From positions 1 through 54,143 of the forward strand of contig JAKIWO010000004.1 in the NCBI GenBank assembly GCA_022749995.1: 54,143 nucleotides of DNA, written 5' to 3'. Shown piece after piece: positions 9,857 to 19,221 of this stretch (within the stretch, counting starts at the first letter, position 1; the number at the start of each line of letters is the position of its first letter). Below the pieces are notes generated by a model. It had not been told where the DNA came from. It was given only the letters and a program-made list of their open reading frames with translations, and ran no database searches. This stretch comes from Thermoplasmata archaeon (GTDB taxonomy: Archaea; Thermoplasmatota; Thermoplasmata; Lutacidiplasmatales; UBA184). Position numbers and translations under genes: made by a program.

Positions 9857-10825
9857 TCATCTCGACGGAGAAGGCCGCCAGGGTTGCCAACGGGAGCGCG
9901 GGGCGGGACGGGAATGCCCCTCCCGCTTGAACCAGGCGCCCCGACCGCGGCGGGCTTGGCCCACCACCGTGAGCGGGGTGCCGAGCTGGGCAAAGGCGCG
10001 GCGGAGTGCCGGGAGCGACGCCGGGGGAACCGCCGCCAGCAGTTCGTACTCCCCGCCGTAGACGGCCAGCTGGAGCCTCTCCGCGCGGGTGAGCATGGCC
10101 CGGCGCAGTCGGGGATCCAGGGGCAGCAGCTCCTCCTGGAACGTCAGCTGGCACCGGCTCGCCTCCGAGAGGATCCGGCCCGCCTCGGCCACGCCGTCGG
10201 AGGTGTCGATCATGGCGTGCGCGTGCCGGATGAGCCGCTCGCCCTCCGCCAAGCGGGGGGTGATCCGGAGGAGCTCCCGCTCGGGGTGCTGTCCGTGAGC
10301 TCGGGTCTTCGCCTTTTGTCGGGTCACCCATCCGGGGCCGCCGACGCGTCCCGTCAGTACCAGGAGGTCCCCGGGCCGAACTCCGGTGTGAGGCGCCAGG
10401 TGCGTCGAGGTGGTGGCTCCTAGGAAGGTGCCCACCAGTAGTTTTCGCGGTGAGGGCTTGCTGTCGCCCCCCACCAGCGTTCCCCCCGTGCGCGCAAGTC
10501 CGTCGCGCACGCCGCGTACGACCTGGCGCCCCCACTCCCTCGGGGTGCCGGGGGGCAGGAACAGGCCCAGGAGAAAGGCGACGGGCCGTCCCCCCTTGGC
10601 CGCCAGGTCGCTGGCGTTCGCCCCCACCAAGGCCCGGCCGACCAACCGCGGGGGGGAATCCGGTAGGAAGTGCGCGCCCTCGACGAATCCGTCGGTGGTG
10701 AGCAGCATTGCCCCGCTTCGAGGTCCGCGCAGCGCGGCGGCGTCATCGCCGAGCGGAAGCAGGACCTCGCGGGAAGCTCGGGCGCCGCGAACGAGCCAAC
10801 GATGGAACTCGCGCTCCTCGAACAG
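9857..10825 (-). CDS. thiL: Thiamine-monophosphate kinase; start placed at an in-frame CTG (first ATG is 10708)
   Basis: EREFHRWL...LGDDAAAL...TTDGFVEGAHF...ANASDLAAKGG...LVGGD...AMIDTSDG...YGGEYELL. The GDD motif lies upstream of the first ATG. Confidence 0.88.
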   Translation of the reverse strand: MFEEREFHRWLVRGARASREVLLPLGDDAAALRGPRSGAMLLTTDGFVEGAHFLPDSPPRLVGRALVGANASDLAAKGGRPVAFLLGLFLPPGTPREWGRQVVRGVRDGLARTGGTLVGGDSKPSPRKLLVGTFLGATTSTHLAPHTGVRPGDLLVLTGRVGGPGWVTRQKAKTRAHGQHPERELLRITPRLAEGERLIRHAHAMIDTSDGVAEAGRILSEASRCQLTFQEELLPLDPRLRRAMLTRAERLQLAVYGGEYELLAAVPPASLPALRRAFAQLGTPLTVVGQARRGRGAWFKREGHSRPAPRSRWQPWRPSPSR

Positions 10826-10856
10826 TGGGCCGCCTCGGGCCGGGCGGGTTCGGCCG

Positions 10857-12050
10857 CTACTTGTACGGGACGTACTCTTTCCCGAGCAGCTCGCGACCGA
10901 GGATGATCCGCATGATGTTGAGGCCCCCTTCGGCGCCGACGAGGTACGACATGATGCCGCGGAACCCGAGCTCGAGCCCCACCTCCTTGGTGTAGCCAGC
11001 GGCGCCGAACCACATCATCACGCGCCGGACGGTGTCGAACGCCACCTGCGGAGCCGCGAGCTTGACCGCGGCCACGGTCCGGTCGACCTCGGAGCGCTGG
11101 GCGGGGGTCGCGCCCGCCGCGGCCCGATCGAGCAGCCAAGCGGCCCGGCGGCACTGCCACTTCACCGCCTCGACCTGCGTGAACAGGTCGACGTACTCGA
11201 ACTGGATCGCCTCGAACTTGGCGAGCGGCTGTCCGAACACTTCCCGCTGTTTGATCCATTCCGCCCCGACCTCGAGCGCCCGCTCCGCAGCCCCCACGCA
11301 GGCGGCCGCCACGAAGGTCCGGGCGACGGAGAATCCCTCCATCGCGCACCCGAACCCGTGCCCCTCCTTTCCGACGAGGTAGCGCTCCGGCACCCGCACG
11401 TCGTCGTAGACGATGCCGCCGGTCGAGATGCCCATCCGGCCCATGTTCTCGAACCGTCGGGTGGTGATCCCGGGCGAGCGGGTCGGTACATACAGGAAAT
11501 GGAACCCGTCCCCGCCGCCGTCCTTGACGAGGGTCAGGTGGCCGCCGCCGAGGGCCTTCGCTTCCTCGACGCCGGAGATGAACGCCTTCTCCCCCCGGAT
11601 CCGGAACTCCTTCCCGTCCCGGCGGGCTTCGGTGCGCAGTCGGGCCAGGTCGCTGCCGCCGGAAGGCTCGGTCGTTCCGATGCCGAGGAACGCCTTCCCC
11701 CGGCAGACCGGGGGGAGGATCTCCCGCTTGGCCTCCTCGGTACCGTGACGGGCCAGGATGCTGCCCCAGCCCGCTTCGAGCAGGAAGAAGACGGCCGTGG
11801 CCATCGAGAAGTCGCCCCGACCCACCTCCTCGGCGGCAATCTCGGTCAGTACGGCGGAAGCTCCGATCCCACCGTACTGCTCCGGTACCGGCATCGCGAG
11901 GAGGCCCAACTCGGCCATCCCGGCGAGCACCTCGCGGGGGATCTCGCCCTCCGTATCGATCCGCTTTTCGTTCGGCCGAAGCACGGCGTCCCCGAACTTC
12001 CGGACCGCGGATTGGAACGCGAGCTCCTCCGGATTCAATTCGAAGTCCAT
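10857..12050 (-). CDS. Acyl-CoA dehydrogenase family protein
   Basis: MDFELNPEE...PEQYGG...TTEPSGGSD...GEKAFISG...REVFGQPLAKFEAIQF...FGAAGY...EGGLNIMRIIL. Confidence 0.95.
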   Translation of the reverse strand: MDFELNPEELAFQSAVRKFGDAVLRPNEKRIDTEGEIPREVLAGMAELGLLAMPVPEQYGGIGASAVLTEIAAEEVGRGDFSMATAVFFLLEAGWGSILARHGTEEAKREILPPVCRGKAFLGIGTTEPSGGSDLARLRTEARRDGKEFRIRGEKAFISGVEEAKALGGGHLTLVKDGGGDGFHFLYVPTRSPGITTRRFENMGRMGISTGGIVYDDVRVPERYLVGKEGHGFGCAMEGFSVARTFVAAACVGAAERALEVGAEWIKQREVFGQPLAKFEAIQFEYVDLFTQVEAVKWQCRRAAWLLDRAAAGATPAQRSEVDRTVAAVKLAAPQVAFDTVRRVMMWFGAAGYTKEVGLELGFRGIMSYLVGAEGGLNIMRIILGRELLGKEYVPYK

Positions 12051-12182
12051 GCAGCGGCCGGTGAACCTCGTTCGGTTATAGGGTTCCCCGACCGCCACCG
12101 TCGACGGAGCCGCCCGCGAATCGGCACAGCGACCCCCGCCCCCACAAACCCCTATAACCGAACTCCGGCTCGTGCGGTTCCC

Positions 12183-13205
12183 ATGGCGCCGGTCCGCGTT
12201 TCCGTGAACGGATACGGGACGATCGGCAAGCGCGTGGCCGACGCGGTGGCCCGCCAGCCGGACCTTTCGCTGGTGGGCGTCTCGAAGACCCGGCCGAGCT
12301 TCGAGGCGAGCATCGCCATCGAGCGGGGCTACCCGCTCTTCGTCGCCGGAGAGGCGGGCGCGGAGCCGTTCCGCGCTGCCGGCATCCCCGTGAGCGGGAC
12401 CCTCCGCGACATGATCGCCCGGAGCGACGTCGTCATCGACTGCGCGCCGGAGAGCGTGGGCCGGCAGAATGCCGCCCTCTACCAGCAGGCGGGCGTGCGG
12501 GCGGTCTTCCAAGGCGGCGAGGCCGCCACCGTCGCCGAGGTCTCCTTCAACGCGGCCGGCAACTACTCGGCGGCGAAGGGGAAGCGAACCGTTCGCGTTG
12601 TCTCCTGCAACACCACGGGCCTGGCCCGCGCCGCCGCGGTGCTCCGGGAGCGGTACGGGGTGGAGGAGTGGGAGGCCACACTCGTGCGCCGGGCCGCCGA
12701 CCCGCCCGAGACACAGCGGGGCCCCGTGGACGGTATACTGCCCGCCATGCGGATCCCGTCCCACCACGGTCCGGATGTCCAGACCATCTTCCCGGATCTG
12801 CGCATCTCCACCATGGCGGTCGTCGTCCCTACGACCCTGATGCACGTGCACGTGAACCACGTACGGCTGGTGCGCCCGCCTCCCTCGGCCGAGGCGGTGC
12901 TCGAGGCCTTCCGTCAGGCGCCCCGGTTCCGTGTCTTCCGCCCGTGGGAGCAGGCCGGGGGAACCCCGCAGGTGATGGAGTTCGCCCGGGACCGTGGCGG
13001 GCGCCGTCCGGACATGATGGAGAACGTCCTCTGGGAGGACGGACTCGGGCTCACGGGCAAGGATCTCCGGTTCTTCCAGGGCATCCACCAGGAGTCGATC
13101 GTCGTGCCCGAGAACGTGGACGCGGTGCGGGCGATGTTCGAGCTGGCTCCGGACGGTCCGAGCTCGATGGCGATGACCGACCGGAATCTCGCCCGGGCGG
13201 CCTAG
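12183..13205 (+). CDS. gap: Type II (archaeal) glyceraldehyde-3-phosphate dehydrogenase
   Basis: NGYGTIGKRVADAV, FQGGE, catalytic VVSCNTTGL, PSHHGPDV, PTTLMH, IHQESIVVPENVDAVRAM. Confidence 0.97.
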   Translation: MAPVRVSVNGYGTIGKRVADAVARQPDLSLVGVSKTRPSFEASIAIERGYPLFVAGEAGAEPFRAAGIPVSGTLRDMIARSDVVIDCAPESVGRQNAALYQQAGVRAVFQGGEAATVAEVSFNAAGNYSAAKGKRTVRVVSCNTTGLARAAAVLRERYGVEEWEATLVRRAADPPETQRGPVDGILPAMRIPSHHGPDVQTIFPDLRISTMAVVVPTTLMHVHVNHVRLVRPPPSAEAVLEAFRQAPRFRVFRPWEQAGGTPQVMEFARDRGGRRPDMMENVLWEDGLGLTGKDLRFFQGIHQESIVVPENVDAVRAMFELAPDGPSSMAMTDRNLARAA

Positions 13206-13304
13206 CGCACGGAGTCGCCGTCGGGTGTCAGGAGGGGGGCACACCCCGTTTCTCCCGTTCCGGAAGGTTCAATATACTGGATGTCCGGCTTTTCCCTGGC
13301 ATCC

Positions 13305-16295
13305 ATGACCCATCCGTCGAACCTGCAACGCCCAAACCCGACCGATCGGCGCCCGTTCCTCCTGGCAAGCATGCTCGCCTGGGGCATCGTCGCAGCGCTT
13401 GTGATTTCCGGTAGCGCGCTCGCGCCGCAGTCCCATACCTCTCTCCCCTCCGCTCCGCAGGAGGGTGCGGTCCATTCCCTGCTCCTGCCTGCTCCCTCGC
13501 GCGCCCCGGGCCCGGCCTGGTACAGCCCTCCGTCGCACCTTCTCGGCCCGTTCAACGGCACCCTGTACAACGCGAGCTTGGACCAGACGCCCGGCGGCGC
13601 GGGCTCGGGCGCCTTCGTCGGGGTGGACCCGGCGACTCATCTGGTCTACGCCAGCAACATCCTCGGTGGCTTCGTGAGCGCCTACTCCGAGACGACGGGC
13701 CAGCTCGTGGGGGAGTCACCGCTACTCGTCACCCGGCCGGGCTCCTCCGAGGTGCTCGGGCTTGCCCTCGACCCAGCCCACCAGCGCTTGTGGGTGGTCG
13801 AGGCCGGTCCAAGTGCGATCTTCCTGCTCAACGAGACCACCCTGCAGCCCATCCTGAACGTTACCTTCCCCGCGAGCTTCCACTCGACACCGTTCCGCCT
13901 GGTGTACGACCCCGTCTCTCTCAACCTGTACGCCCGGGGGGCCAGCGGCAACGTCACGTCGTTCGACCCCGCCACGCTCACCCTCGAGCGTACCTGGAGC
14001 TGTCCGGGCTGCCTGGACGAGCCGATCTCTATCGTGCCGGGCGAGAACGAGCTGCTGGCTCCCAGTGGAGCCAACAACACCACCGTCCTCAGCCTGCCCA
14101 ACCTGCTCCTCGTCCGCAATCTCACCTCCCCGACGCCGAGCTTCAGCGCCACGGGGGCGGCCTACGACCCGTCCTCGGGACTGGTCTGGGTGGAGAACGG
14201 CAGCGGATCACCGACCCCATTCGAGGAGTTCAATCTCGCTTCCGGAGTCTACGGTGGGCCGGTGGGCGCCGGCGTGGCCAAATGCGAGTACTTAGTCTAC
14301 GACGGACCCTCGAACTCCTTCACTGCCATCACCAACGGGGGGCAGTTCAACATCTACTCGTTCAACGGCACCAGCGGGGCCCTCGTCGGCCACTTCAGTG
14401 GGGCCGCCCAGTTCGGGGGAGCCGGCCTTTCCGGCATCGACGAAGCGTACTCCCCGGCCATCGACACGAGCAACGACGAACTGATCGTCGGAATCATCGA
14501 GGGGAACTATACCGCCGCGTTCTCCTTGCCGGCGCTCGCGCCGCTGCACCCGGTCACCGAGTTCGCTATCGAGGCGTTCACCGGTGTCAGCGACGCCCCG
14601 GCGGGATTGTTCTACTCCTTGGGGACCGGCCCCAGCACGCTGGTCGCCCACGACTGGTCGAATGGCAGCCTGGCCTGGCTCACCACCCTCCCGAACGCAC
14701 TGGTCCTCGCGAGCCTGAGCGGACTCGCCGTCGACACCGGACTCGGCCGACTGTACGTGTTCAACAGTTCCCTCCCCGGCTTCCAGGAGTTCAGCGCCAC
14801 GACGGGGGTCGAACTCAGCACGAGTATCAGCCTCCCGCTCACCTTCTCGTTCACCGCGGTGGGCATCGACTCGGTGCACCACGTGCTGTATGCGCTGAAC
14901 AGCTCCGGCAACGTCACGCTCGTCAACACGCAAACCGACATCCCGCTCGGCACCGTCGTGGCTCCCGTCGGGGTCACCACCGCCTGCGGAGAGATCGTTG
15001 ACCCCGTCAGCGAATCGGCGTACGTCTCGAATTGCACGAACACCCTGAACACCATCTACTCGGTCAACGGGAGCTCGGGCTCGCTCGGGTCGAAGCAGTG
15101 GCACCTCGGTACCACCATCGCCTCGGCCGCGTTGGACCCCGCGCACCGGGAGCTGTTCGTGGGCGGCGGGAGAACACCGTACAACATCACCGTCCTCCCC
15201 CTCTCCGGGGCCGGCGCGCCCACCTCCTTCCTGACGGGCGGGCAGGCTCCTTCGGGATTGGGTGTCCAGCCCAGGTACAGCGAGCTGTTCCTCGCCAACG
15301 TCAGCAGCCCTGTGACCACGCTCTTCGACACCAGCACCCACGCCCAGCTCGGTACGGTCCGAGCCGCCGTCTCCTTCGGCTCCATCTCCAACCCCGTCGA
15401 CGGTGCGACGGTGCTGGATCAGGTCGTCCAGGGCGCCGACCTGCTGCTGCGCCCGGTCACCGCCCCGCTCGCCCCGAGCGGCCTCGCGCTGCTCGCGGGC
15501 AACACCACGCTCAACGCGAGCTGGAGCCGGATCGGCGCATCCGGGAGCGGTAACGGGACCGTCACGGGCTACACCGCCTCCCTCGGCACCAGCGCCTCGG
15601 GGCCGTGGACCACGAACCTGAGCGTTACCGCCCTCAATGCCACCTTCACGCACCTCGCCGACGGGACCGTCTACTTCGTCACGGTGAGTGCCACGAACCC
15701 CGCCGGAGCGGGTCCGCGTGCGGCCCCGGTTTCCGCCACACCGGTCGGCGTTCCGTTCCCGCCGACCACGCCGAGCTCGACGGCGGGCGGTAGCGGGAGC
15801 ATCCACCTGAGCTGGAATCCGCCCGCCTCGACGGACGGGGCCCCCGTGACCAACTACACCGTGGAGTACTCGGCGCACAGCTCCGGCCCCTGGAGCACCC
15901 TCAGCGCGGGCACCGCGCTCAACGCCTCGGTGACGGGCCTTTCGGCAGCCACGAACTACACGCTGTACGTGCTAGCGTGGAATTCGGTGGGCCGCAGCAA
16001 TCCGAGCGCGCAAGTCCACACCGCCACCTCCGCGGCCTCCTCGAGCAGCTCTTCTTCCCCGATCAGCGGCTCCAACCTGCTCTGGATCCTACTCGCGTTG
16101 GTCGTGATCGCCGCGGTGGTCGCGGCGCTGCTGCTCGCCCGGCGGCGCAAGCCGCGCGGCGCGCCGACCCCGCAACCGTCGGCTCCGTATCCCCCGCAGT
16201 ACCCGCCGCAGGGCGGGTACGGCGCCCCGCCGCCCGGCGCGGCACCCCCCACGGTGGCCCCGCCGCCCGCCGGTCCGCCCCCCGGGGCGATGTAG
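13305..16295 (+). CDS. Large cell-surface protein: signal peptide, YncE/YVTN-like beta-propellers, two fibronectin type III domains, C-terminal TM anchor and Pro-rich cytoplasmic tail
   Basis: Repeated xDPxxxxLYV blades; FN3 motifs (ASWS...VTGYT...LADGTVYFVTVSATN; LSWNPP...NYTVEY...GLSAATNYTLYVLAWNSVG); LLWILLALVVIAAVVAALLLARRRK. Alternative ATG at 13281. Confidence 0.85.
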   Translation: MTHPSNLQRPNPTDRRPFLLASMLAWGIVAALVISGSALAPQSHTSLPSAPQEGAVHSLLLPAPSRAPGPAWYSPPSHLLGPFNGTLYNASLDQTPGGAGSGAFVGVDPATHLVYASNILGGFVSAYSETTGQLVGESPLLVTRPGSSEVLGLALDPAHQRLWVVEAGPSAIFLLNETTLQPILNVTFPASFHSTPFRLVYDPVSLNLYARGASGNVTSFDPATLTLERTWSCPGCLDEPISIVPGENELLAPSGANNTTVLSLPNLLLVRNLTSPTPSFSATGAAYDPSSGLVWVENGSGSPTPFEEFNLASGVYGGPVGAGVAKCEYLVYDGPSNSFTAITNGGQFNIYSFNGTSGALVGHFSGAAQFGGAGLSGIDEAYSPAIDTSNDELIVGIIEGNYTAAFSLPALAPLHPVTEFAIEAFTGVSDAPAGLFYSLGTGPSTLVAHDWSNGSLAWLTTLPNALVLASLSGLAVDTGLGRLYVFNSSLPGFQEFSATTGVELSTSISLPLTFSFTAVGIDSVHHVLYALNSSGNVTLVNTQTDIPLGTVVAPVGVTTACGEIVDPVSESAYVSNCTNTLNTIYSVNGSSGSLGSKQWHLGTTIASAALDPAHRELFVGGGRTPYNITVLPLSGAGAPTSFLTGGQAPSGLGVQPRYSELFLANVSSPVTTLFDTSTHAQLGTVRAAVSFGSISNPVDGATVLDQVVQGADLLLRPVTAPLAPSGLALLAGNTTLNASWSRIGASGSGNGTVTGYTASLGTSASGPWTTNLSVTALNATFTHLADGTVYFVTVSATNPAGAGPRAAPVSATPVGVPFPPTTPSSTAGGSGSIHLSWNPPASTDGAPVTNYTVEYSAHSSGPWSTLSAGTALNASVTGLSAATNYTLYVLAWNSVGRSNPSAQVHTATSAASSSSSSSPISGSNLLWILLALVVIAAVVAALLLARRRKPRGAPTPQPSAPYPPQYPPQGGYGAPPPGAAPPTVAPPPAGPPPGAM

Positions 16296-16357
16296 CGAGC
16301 CTGCGCCACCGCGTTCCTCGCAAGGATGATATAGGTCATCTCGGTCGGCCGCCGCCG

Positions 16358-17038
16358 ATGTATTATCTCGACGAACGGCGGGACGTCGTCCGGATCCCGC
16401 CGGACCGGCTCGGCGTCAAGCTCGAGACGACGATCTCCGAGCTCGCCCAGCAGCAGTTCGAAGGCAAGCTGGTCGACGGGCAGAACCTGACCGTCACCAT
16501 CCAGGATGTGAAGCCGCTCGGCGAGGGCCACATCATCCATGGGGACGGAGGCGTCTACCAGGAGGTGGAGTACCGGGCGCTGCTGTTCCGTCCCGAGCTC
16601 CAGGAGGTCGTCGAGGGCGCCGTCGTCGAGATTCGGAAGTTCGGCGCCTTCGTCCGGTTCGGTCCGCTCGATGGGCTGCTCCACGTCTCCCAGATCATGG
16701 ACGACCGAGTGAACATCGACGAGCACAACCAGCGGCTCGTCGGCGTGGAGACCAAGCGCGACCTCAAGGTCGGCTACAAGGTCCGCGCCCGCATCGTCTC
16801 GCTCTCCCTCTCCGAGATCTCCCCGAGGGACAGCCGGATCGGGCTCACGATGCGCCAGCCGGGCCTCGGACGCCTCGAATGGATCGTCGAGGCGCACAAG
16901 AAGGCCGAGGACAAGACCAGCAAGCGGCCGGCGCCCCCCAAGCGGGATGTCCAGCCCGGCAAGGCGCTGCCCAAGCCCGCGGCCAAGCCGGCGGCGAAGC
17001 CTGCGGCGGCTCCCGCCGCCGGAGGTCCCGCCGCATGA
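16358..17038 (+). CDS. rpoE1: DNA-directed RNA polymerase subunit E' (Rpo7)
   Basis: DVVRIPP...GEGHIIHGDGGVY...FGAFVRFGPLDGLLHVSQIMDD...IGLTMRQPGLGRLEWI, plus a K/P/A-rich tail. Confidence 0.97.
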   Translation: MYYLDERRDVVRIPPDRLGVKLETTISELAQQQFEGKLVDGQNLTVTIQDVKPLGEGHIIHGDGGVYQEVEYRALLFRPELQEVVEGAVVEIRKFGAFVRFGPLDGLLHVSQIMDDRVNIDEHNQRLVGVETKRDLKVGYKVRARIVSLSLSEISPRDSRIGLTMRQPGLGRLEWIVEAHKKAEDKTSKRPAPPKRDVQPGKALPKPAAKPAAKPAAAPAAGGPAA

Positions 17039-17220
17039 TGAGCCTCAAGGCCTGCAAGAACTGCCACACCGTCACCGACCTGGCGAAGTGCCCCCGCTGC
17101 GGCGGGGAGACCTCGCGGGAGTGGCAGGGCTACCTCCTCGTGATCGACCCTGACAAGTCGGAGATCGCCCGGAAGCTGGGGATCAGTGCCGCGGGCCGCT
17201 ACGCGCTCCGGGTCAAGTGA
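17035..17220 (+). CDS. spt4: Transcription elongation factor Spt4 (RpoE'')
   Basis: KACKNCH...CPRCGG...WQGYLLVIDPDKSEIARKLGI...GRYALRV; ATGA overlap with rpoE1. Confidence 0.95.
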   Translation: MMSLKACKNCHTVTDLAKCPRCGGETSREWQGYLLVIDPDKSEIARKLGISAAGRYALRVK

Positions 17221-17743
17221 GGAACGGGTCTGGGTCGTCCCCGAGGCGCTCCGCCCGGCCTTGGCGAGCGAGTACGGCCCGGTCTTCTCCGGTCGTGCCG
17301 CCGAGGACCGGATCCGGCGCCTAGCGACCTTCGCTAGCTGCGGGGACCGGGTCACCGCGCTCGCGCTCCAGCTCGATCATCCGCCGCTCGTGGGGATCGT
17401 GGACTTCAAGACCCAGCGGAAGGAGAAGATCTCGCCGAACGCCTTCGTCACCCTCAAGGCGCGTCGGTACCGCCGGGTACGCAACCCGCCGGGGATGCTG
17501 ACCGAATCATTGCGCCGCGCCGTGCGCGAGCTGGTCGGGATCGGTGGGGGACTCATCGAAGTCGAGGGCGAAGAGGACCTGGGCTCGCTCGCGCTCGTCG
17601 AAGCGCTCCCGCTCGGTGCGACCGTTATATACGGTATCCCGGGTGCGGGGGTCTCGTTTGTGACGGTGGACGTCGTGGCCAAAGAGCACGTTCGGGCGCT
17701 CATCGCCCGCATGGAATTGCGGAGGATCGCCCGTGGAAGTTAG
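17186..17743 (+). CDS. GTP-dependent dephospho-CoA kinase (DUF359 family)
   Basis: CGDRVT, IVDFKTQR, VRNPPGML, VEGEEDL, VIYGIPGAG; conserved position between spt4 and rps24e. Confidence 0.9.
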   Translation: MPRAATRSGSSEERVWVVPEALRPALASEYGPVFSGRAAEDRIRRLATFASCGDRVTALALQLDHPPLVGIVDFKTQRKEKISPNAFVTLKARRYRRVRNPPGMLTESLRRAVRELVGIGGGLIEVEGEEDLGSLALVEALPLGATVIYGIPGAGVSFVTVDVVAKEHVRALIARMELRRIARGS

Positions 17744-18314
17744 GGTGCTCGAGCAGCGCCAGAACCCGCTCCTCAAGCGGGTCGAACTGCAATTCGAAGT
17801 CGACCACACCGGCGCCGCCACGCCGCGCCGAGCCGATGTGATCGGCGAGCTGGCCAAGCAACTCAAGGTCCCCAAAGAGCGGGTCGTCCTCGAATCGATG
17901 CACGCGCGATTCGGCATCCCCCAGAGTCGCGGCGAGGCGCGGCTCTACGCGAGCACGGAGGCCCGCGACCGGGTCACTCGAGAGCACATCCTCATCCGCA
18001 ATGGCCTGAAAGAAAAGAAGACGGCCGCACCGCCCGGGGAAGCCGCCCCGACCCCGGCCCCAGCCGCTCCCGCCGCCCCAGCGCCGGCGGCACCGCCCGC
18101 GGCGGAGTCGAAGCCCGAGTCCAAGCCGGAGGCGAAGGCGGAGAAGAAGGCCGAGCACAAGCCGGAGCCCAAGGCGGATCACAGGGCCGAGCCCAAGGCG
18201 GATCACAAGGCCGAGCCCAAGGCGGATCCCAAAGCGGAGGCCAAGGTCGAGCCGAAAGCCGAGTCTAAGGGCGGTGGCAAGTCGGCGGCCAAGCCCTCCA
18301 AGAAGGAAGGTTGA
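17733..18314 (+). CDS. rps24e: 30S ribosomal protein S24e with a long low-complexity C-terminal extension
   Basis: NPLLKRVEL.FEVDH.GAATPRR...FG...SRGEARLY...HILIRNG, then ~95 aa of A/P and KAEPK repeats. Confidence 0.95.
   Translation: MEVRVLEQRQNPLLKRVELQFEVDHTGAATPRRADVIGELAKQLKVPKERVVLESMHARFGIPQSRGEARLYASTEARDRVTREHILIRNGLKEKKTAAPPGEAAPTPAPAAPAAPAPAAPPAAESKPESKPEAKAEKKAEHKPEPKADHRAEPKADHKAEPKADPKAEAKVEPKAESKGGGKSAAKPSKKEG
18165..18228 (+). repeat. 24-bp coding tandem repeat (about 2.7 copies) in rps24e, encoding EPKADH(R/K)A
   Basis: GAGCCCAAGGCGGATCACAGGGCC / GAGCCCAAGGCGGATCACAAGGCC / GAGCCCAAGGCGGATC. Confidence 0.9.
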
Positions 18315-18529
18315 GCGTGGGCAAGGCCCGTACCGACTTCTACTCGACGAAGGGCGAGACGCTCGCTCGGACCCATCAGCCCTGTCCCAAATGCGGGCCC
18401 GGGATATTTCTCGCCGAGCACTCGAACCGCCGCTCCTGCGGTCGCTGCGGCTACATGGAGAGCCGCTCGGAGCCGAAGCCCGTGGGCAAGCCCGTCGTGG
18501 GGAAGGCCAAGCCGACGAAGCCGGCCTAA
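18311..18529 (+). CDS. rps27ae: 30S ribosomal protein S27ae
   Basis: CPKCGPGIFLAEHSNRRSCGRCGYME zinc ribbon; TTGA overlap with rps24e. Confidence 0.95.
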   Translation: MSVGKARTDFYSTKGETLARTHQPCPKCGPGIFLAEHSNRRSCGRCGYMESRSEPKPVGKPVVGKAKPTKPA

Positions 18530-18666
18530 GTTCGCCCCCAGTTCGTCGGTTGCTCCAGCTCGGCGCCGTCGTGGTCCGCTTAGGCTCGCCCGTCCGCTGC
18601 GCGGCGGCACGCCTCGGGGACAACGCTTACGTAGCGCGTGCCTACCTCGACCCGTCCTCGATCCGC

Positions 18667-18740
18667 GGGCCCGTAGTATAGCTTGGATATCACAGAGGCC
18701 TCCGGAGCCTCAAACCCGGGTTCGAATCCCGGCGGGCCCG
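18667..18740 (+). tRNA. tRNA-Arg(CCG)
   Basis: Acceptor GGGCCCG/CGGGCCC-G, anticodon arm GAGGC-CTCCGGA-GCCTC, T arm CCGGG-TTCGAAT-CCCGG; CCA not encoded. Confidence 0.95.
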
Positions 18741-18822
18741 TCCCCGAAAGGGAGGGAGGTGGGTCGTCGGGCCGCCACCCAGATTTTCGAGTCTCTCCCC
18801 AGCACCGCACTCTCAGCGGAGG

Positions 18823-19221
18823 CTATCGCCAAACTACCGAAAGCGAAGGGACCCTGAGGAACGCCGGGTCATTCGATACCAATGGGAGCCCGCGTGAAAT
18901 CGCGAGGGAGGCAATCATCCTATCGTGAAGCTCCGGGATAGCTAGGTCCAGAAACGAACCCCAGCCCATCGGACCCAAGGCCGCGAGCTGGATGTATCCG
19001 GAACCCCGAACCTGGGTGAGGACCTCCTCTACAAGGGAACGTGGTTCCGGCGCCCCGATCCGCCCGCGTAGGGCGAGATACGCGAACTCGCCGAGGGCGA
19101 CCTCCGGTAAGAACAGCGTTGCTTCTCCGTTCTCGGCCTCTCGAAATATACGCTCGCTCCGGCGGGGAAGTGAGTCATCGAGATGCCGGATCAGTGCGAC
19201 CGTGTCGATGACGGCGTCCAT
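18823..19221 (-). CDS. PIN-domain (VapC-like) toxin
   Basis: MDAVIDTVALI...LPEVALGE...ELHDRMIASLA...LPLVSND; TGATG coupling to the upstream antitoxin. Confidence 0.9.
   Translation of the reverse strand: MDAVIDTVALIRHLDDSLPRRSERIFREAENGEATLFLPEVALGEFAYLALRGRIGAPEPRSLVEEVLTQVRGSGYIQLAALGPMGWGSFLDLAIPELHDRMIASLAISRGLPLVSNDPAFLRVPSLSVVWR

Noticed and set aside
8110-9930. 606-aa plus-strand ORF antisense to gdhA and the PRTase gene
   Set aside because: Shadow ORF produced by strong GC3 bias on the real minus-strand genes; no independent motifs.
10410-13244. Apparent 931-aa GAPDH fusion (+) and 795-aa acyl-CoA dehydrogenase fusion (-)
   Set aside because: The extensions are antisense read-through of the divergent neighbour; the real starts are at 12183 and 12050 with TATA-like elements between them.
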